Of a DNA stretch of 64,000 nt, positions 61,511 to 64,000 are shown one piece after another. A program made the position numbers and the translations under genes. The first letter of the stretch is position 1. Every line of letters starts with the position of its first letter. Source of the DNA: a virus (taxonomy: Duplodnaviria; Caudoviricetes); the IMG/VR virus record IMGVR_UViG_3300028186_000155. The stretch is one strand, 5' to 3'. The notes under the pieces are model-generated. The model searched no databases. It was not told where the DNA came from and saw only the letters and a program-made list of their open reading frames with translations.

Positions 61511-63574
61511 TTAGAACTTGATGGTGAATGCGCGGTTGATGGTGCCTTTCACGCGCACTTGAATGTCGTTACGCTCGCTCATGGAGAAGCCGATGCCCGA
61601 CAGCTGTTCATCTGCATAAGGTGCGCGCATTTGCGAACCCAGCAGTTCCATTACCTTGCGGTGTTTGCTCAGATCGGCAGTCAGGTATTCGTTGTAGAAA
61701 CCGCGTGCAGAATCCGGGTTTTTGCAGCCCTTCAGAACGAAGATCAGGTGTTCGTGGCCAACCTCTTTTTCGTTCCAGAAGTTTGGCGAACGGGTGATCA
61801 GATCGACCGGGGTCCAGCCTTCGGTTTGGATGCCCCACTCTTCACGCGGGACGCCAGCGCCAGCGGTGAAACCTTCGACCGTGATTTCGCCCTTTTTATC
61901 GACAATCAGTTGGCCCACAACAACGCGACCGCGCAGATCCTTCGGATGTTCGAAGGTGTAAATCTGGCCCAAGATTTCCACCTGCACTTCGAAACCAATG
62001 TCGTGAGTTTTGCGCTTGGTGAATTGGTTCACTTCGATGGAGTAGGTGCCCGGTTCAATGTCACGCTTTTTGGTCCAGAAAATGTTTTCTACAGGATTTT
62101 TATCATCCTTTGGACCCCATGCGTTCATGTCCACATCGAGTTCACCGCCCAACGCTTGCTTGTCGCTGTACGAGATTTCTTGACCGTAACCACCACGGCC
62201 TTTACGCACGCTCAGGTCGAGGTCGTCGGCGTTGTGCCACGACAGCGAAATACGCACTTCACCTTCGACGTTGCCACCTGCCTTTTTCACGCGCTCTTTG
62301 ATGCCGTTGGTTACGTCGCCGTTGTAGCTCCAGCAGAAACCGTTTTCCCACTTGAACAGCGGCGGGGCATCGGCATGCACCTGTGCAGTCAGGGAAACCA
62401 GACGTGGTACGTGGCGGTTCTGCATGAACACTTCGAGCGAATCGATTTTCGGCAGAACTTTTTGCACGAAATCTTTTGCCGACATTTCGGTCAGGCCGTC
62501 CAGTTTCGCACCGGCTTTGGCAGTCGGTTTGATTTGGTCCAGCGCGCCGCCCAGCAGTTTCGGTTGTACAGAACCGTCAACGAACAGAACGTCGTTTACC
62601 GTGATATCTTCACGCACCGCATAACGGCGTGCCAGCGAATCTTCGATACCCAGTTTCGCGATGGTCTTTTTCGCATCGTCCAGCATGCGCTGTGTTACCA
62701 GTGCTTTCGGACGTTGGAAGTTTTCGCCAGAGGTTTTGTCTTCGTATTTCTTGACCGCAACTTCGAGGTCTTCGCCTTCGGTCAGATCCAGCAGCAGGGT
62801 GCCGAATACGCTGGAATGCACACGCGAACCCGGACCGGCGTTTTGCCACAGCCACAGTTCTTTTGCACGCTTGGTTTTCAGCGCGTTGTATTCACGCTTG
62901 GCGCGCATCAGCATCGCCAGTTTGTGCTTGTACTCTTCGCCCTTGTGCAGGTTGTCGGTATCGATCAGTTCGGCAACGATTTCGCAGGCTTCGTCGGAGA
63001 TTTCCAGAATGGAACGCTCCAGACCTTTCACGTCGTTGGTACGCTCACCAACGTAATCGCTTGGGTTGTTGCGCCACTGGTAAACGGCTGGCACTTCACC
63101 TACGAAGTGATGCCACGTTTCGCCGGTTTCGCCGTTGGTGGTACGGGCCGCGCCATACTTCGGTTCGCTCACAACGAACGGGCGGGCAATTTCCAGCTTT
63201 TTCACCAGCTTCGACATTTCGTCTGCAACGTGCTGGTAGATCGGATCATCGATCTTCACATCCCACACGGTGCTAACTTTGTTGCCATCGACGTAGACCA
63301 CGGCGCCCAAGTTGCGCACGAAGTTGCGGCAGGTGCTGCAATCGTGTTCGGTCTTTTCGCGGAAAATCGGGTTGGTGCCTTCAGGGAACGCAGCGAGGTA
63401 CGCGGCCCACAGTTTGTCGCCAGTGGACAGGCCTTCGAGAACTTCGCCGTCTTCGTCTACCGCATTAGGGAATTTGACGACGAAAACGTGCTTCTTTTGG
63501 CCAGCGTCTTTGCTCAGCATCGAAGCGAAAACGTGAGTGACTGCATGGCCGAAAGTTTTGAAATTGCTGCTCAT
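61511..63574 (-). CDS. 687-aa phage protein with YfaP/DUF2135-like C-terminal domain
   Basis: HDCSTCRNF; LSW.N.DDLDL, GGELDVD, VENIFW, G.Y.I.V; AAGGA SD before MSSNF. Confidence 0.8.
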   Translation of the reverse strand: MSSNFKTFGHAVTHVFASMLSKDAGQKKHVFVVKFPNAVDEDGEVLEGLSTGDKLWAAYLAAFPEGTNPIFREKTEHDCSTCRNFVRNLGAVVYVDGNKVSTVWDVKIDDPIYQHVADEMSKLVKKLEIARPFVVSEPKYGAARTTNGETGETWHHFVGEVPAVYQWRNNPSDYVGERTNDVKGLERSILEISDEACEIVAELIDTDNLHKGEEYKHKLAMLMRAKREYNALKTKRAKELWLWQNAGPGSRVHSSVFGTLLLDLTEGEDLEVAVKKYEDKTSGENFQRPKALVTQRMLDDAKKTIAKLGIEDSLARRYAVREDITVNDVLFVDGSVQPKLLGGALDQIKPTAKAGAKLDGLTEMSAKDFVQKVLPKIDSLEVFMQNRHVPRLVSLTAQVHADAPPLFKWENGFCWSYNGDVTNGIKERVKKAGGNVEGEVRISLSWHNADDLDLSVRKGRGGYGQEISYSDKQALGGELDVDMNAWGPKDDKNPVENIFWTKKRDIEPGTYSIEVNQFTKRKTHDIGFEVQVEILGQIYTFEHPKDLRGRVVVGQLIVDKKGEITVEGFTAGAGVPREEWGIQTEGWTPVDLITRSPNFWNEKEVGHEHLIFVLKGCKNPDSARGFYNEYLTADLSKHRKVMELLGSQMRAPYADEQLSGIGFSMSERNDIQVRVKGTINRAFTIKF

Positions 63575-63617
63575 TTGAACTTCCTTTTTAGTGCGGGTCT
63601 TCCGCGTTAGAAACAGA

Positions 63618-63992
63618 TTAGCGACGGCGGCGAATGAATTCGAGTTCAGAGCGGAAAGCGTCTTCCCACAAATCCGCGTTACGTGGATCGCGTTCGTCAA
63701 GGTACGGGTTATTCAGCATCGCATCTTCGATGCCTTCCTGCGCCATCATTTTCCCCAATTGCGCCGGGGTGTATTCGTGCAATTCGTGCTCACGAATATA
63801 CAGGATGGTTACGTTGCTCGGGCCGCGCTTCACCTGCGCATGATCACAGATCGGGTCAATGATGTTGCTCAGTTCCGGCCCGTGTGCCCATACGGTGAAA
63901 GTGCTTTCCAGAACTTGGGTCATTACACCGTTGACTGGGGTGCTCACTTTTGCCGTTACATCAAAGCGGCGTTTGGCCTTGGTGAATTTCAC
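63618..63992 (-). CDS. hypothetical protein
   Basis: GTG start; tiles operon. Confidence 0.65.
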   Translation of the reverse strand: MKFTKAKRRFDVTAKVSTPVNGVMTQVLESTFTVWAHGPELSNIIDPICDHAQVKRGPSNVTILYIREHELHEYTPAQLGKMMAQEGIEDAMLNNPYLDERDPRNADLWEDAFRSELEFIRRRR

Positions 63993-64000
63993 TTTAACTG

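Noticed and set aside
61559-63610. 683-aa plus-strand ORF
   Set aside because: Antisense shadow of the 687-aa gene; the same reasoning applies to the other plus-strand ORFs
1-64000. tRNA, rRNA, integrase, transposase, reverse transcriptase, Cas or core virion genes
   Set aside because: No diagnostic motifs recognised by eye; tRNAscan-SE and HMM searches are needed to confirm absence

Overview
This 64 kb window looks like the accessory-gene region of a large lytic dsDNA phage (jumbo-myovirus-like) of a Gram-negative host. The identification is inferred: about 125 short ORFs are tightly packed, often overlap at ATGA/TAATG and all lie on the minus strand, and I recognised no housekeeping, tRNA, rRNA, CRISPR or transposase genes. 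Recognisable products: three Nudix hydrolases, a GspS/YgiC-like ATP-grasp ligase with a YgiB/DUF1190-like lipoprotein, three tandem paralogous lipoproteins, an HD/PDEase-like hydrolase, NADAR, two GNATs, a 2OG-Fe(II) oxygenase-like protein, a 140-aa minimal kinase-like protein, an RlaP/YcgL-like nucleotidyltransferase, a LemA-like/TPM-like pair, an acyl-carrier-protein fusion, a YfaP/DUF2135-domain protein, and many Arc/RHH/HTH/AP2-like DNA binders. Four observations stand out. (1) A strand-specific 11-mer, AAACTGTAAAC, has at least 8 exact copies near gene starts; before two Nudix genes it abuts a hairpin that occludes the ribosome-binding site. (2) A sigma70-type promoter/leader cassette occurs twice, and one copy is embedded in an SD-sequestering multi-stem RNA. 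(3) One protein looks like a patchwork of terminase, polymerase, RuvC, DnaB and helicase motifs, and lies near a tandem of apparently inactive RecA/DnaB-fold proteins (possible immune decoys). (4) A kinase/oxygenase/GNAT cluster is interleaved with Lys/Arg-rich peptides. All functional calls come from reading motifs by eye, not from database searches.
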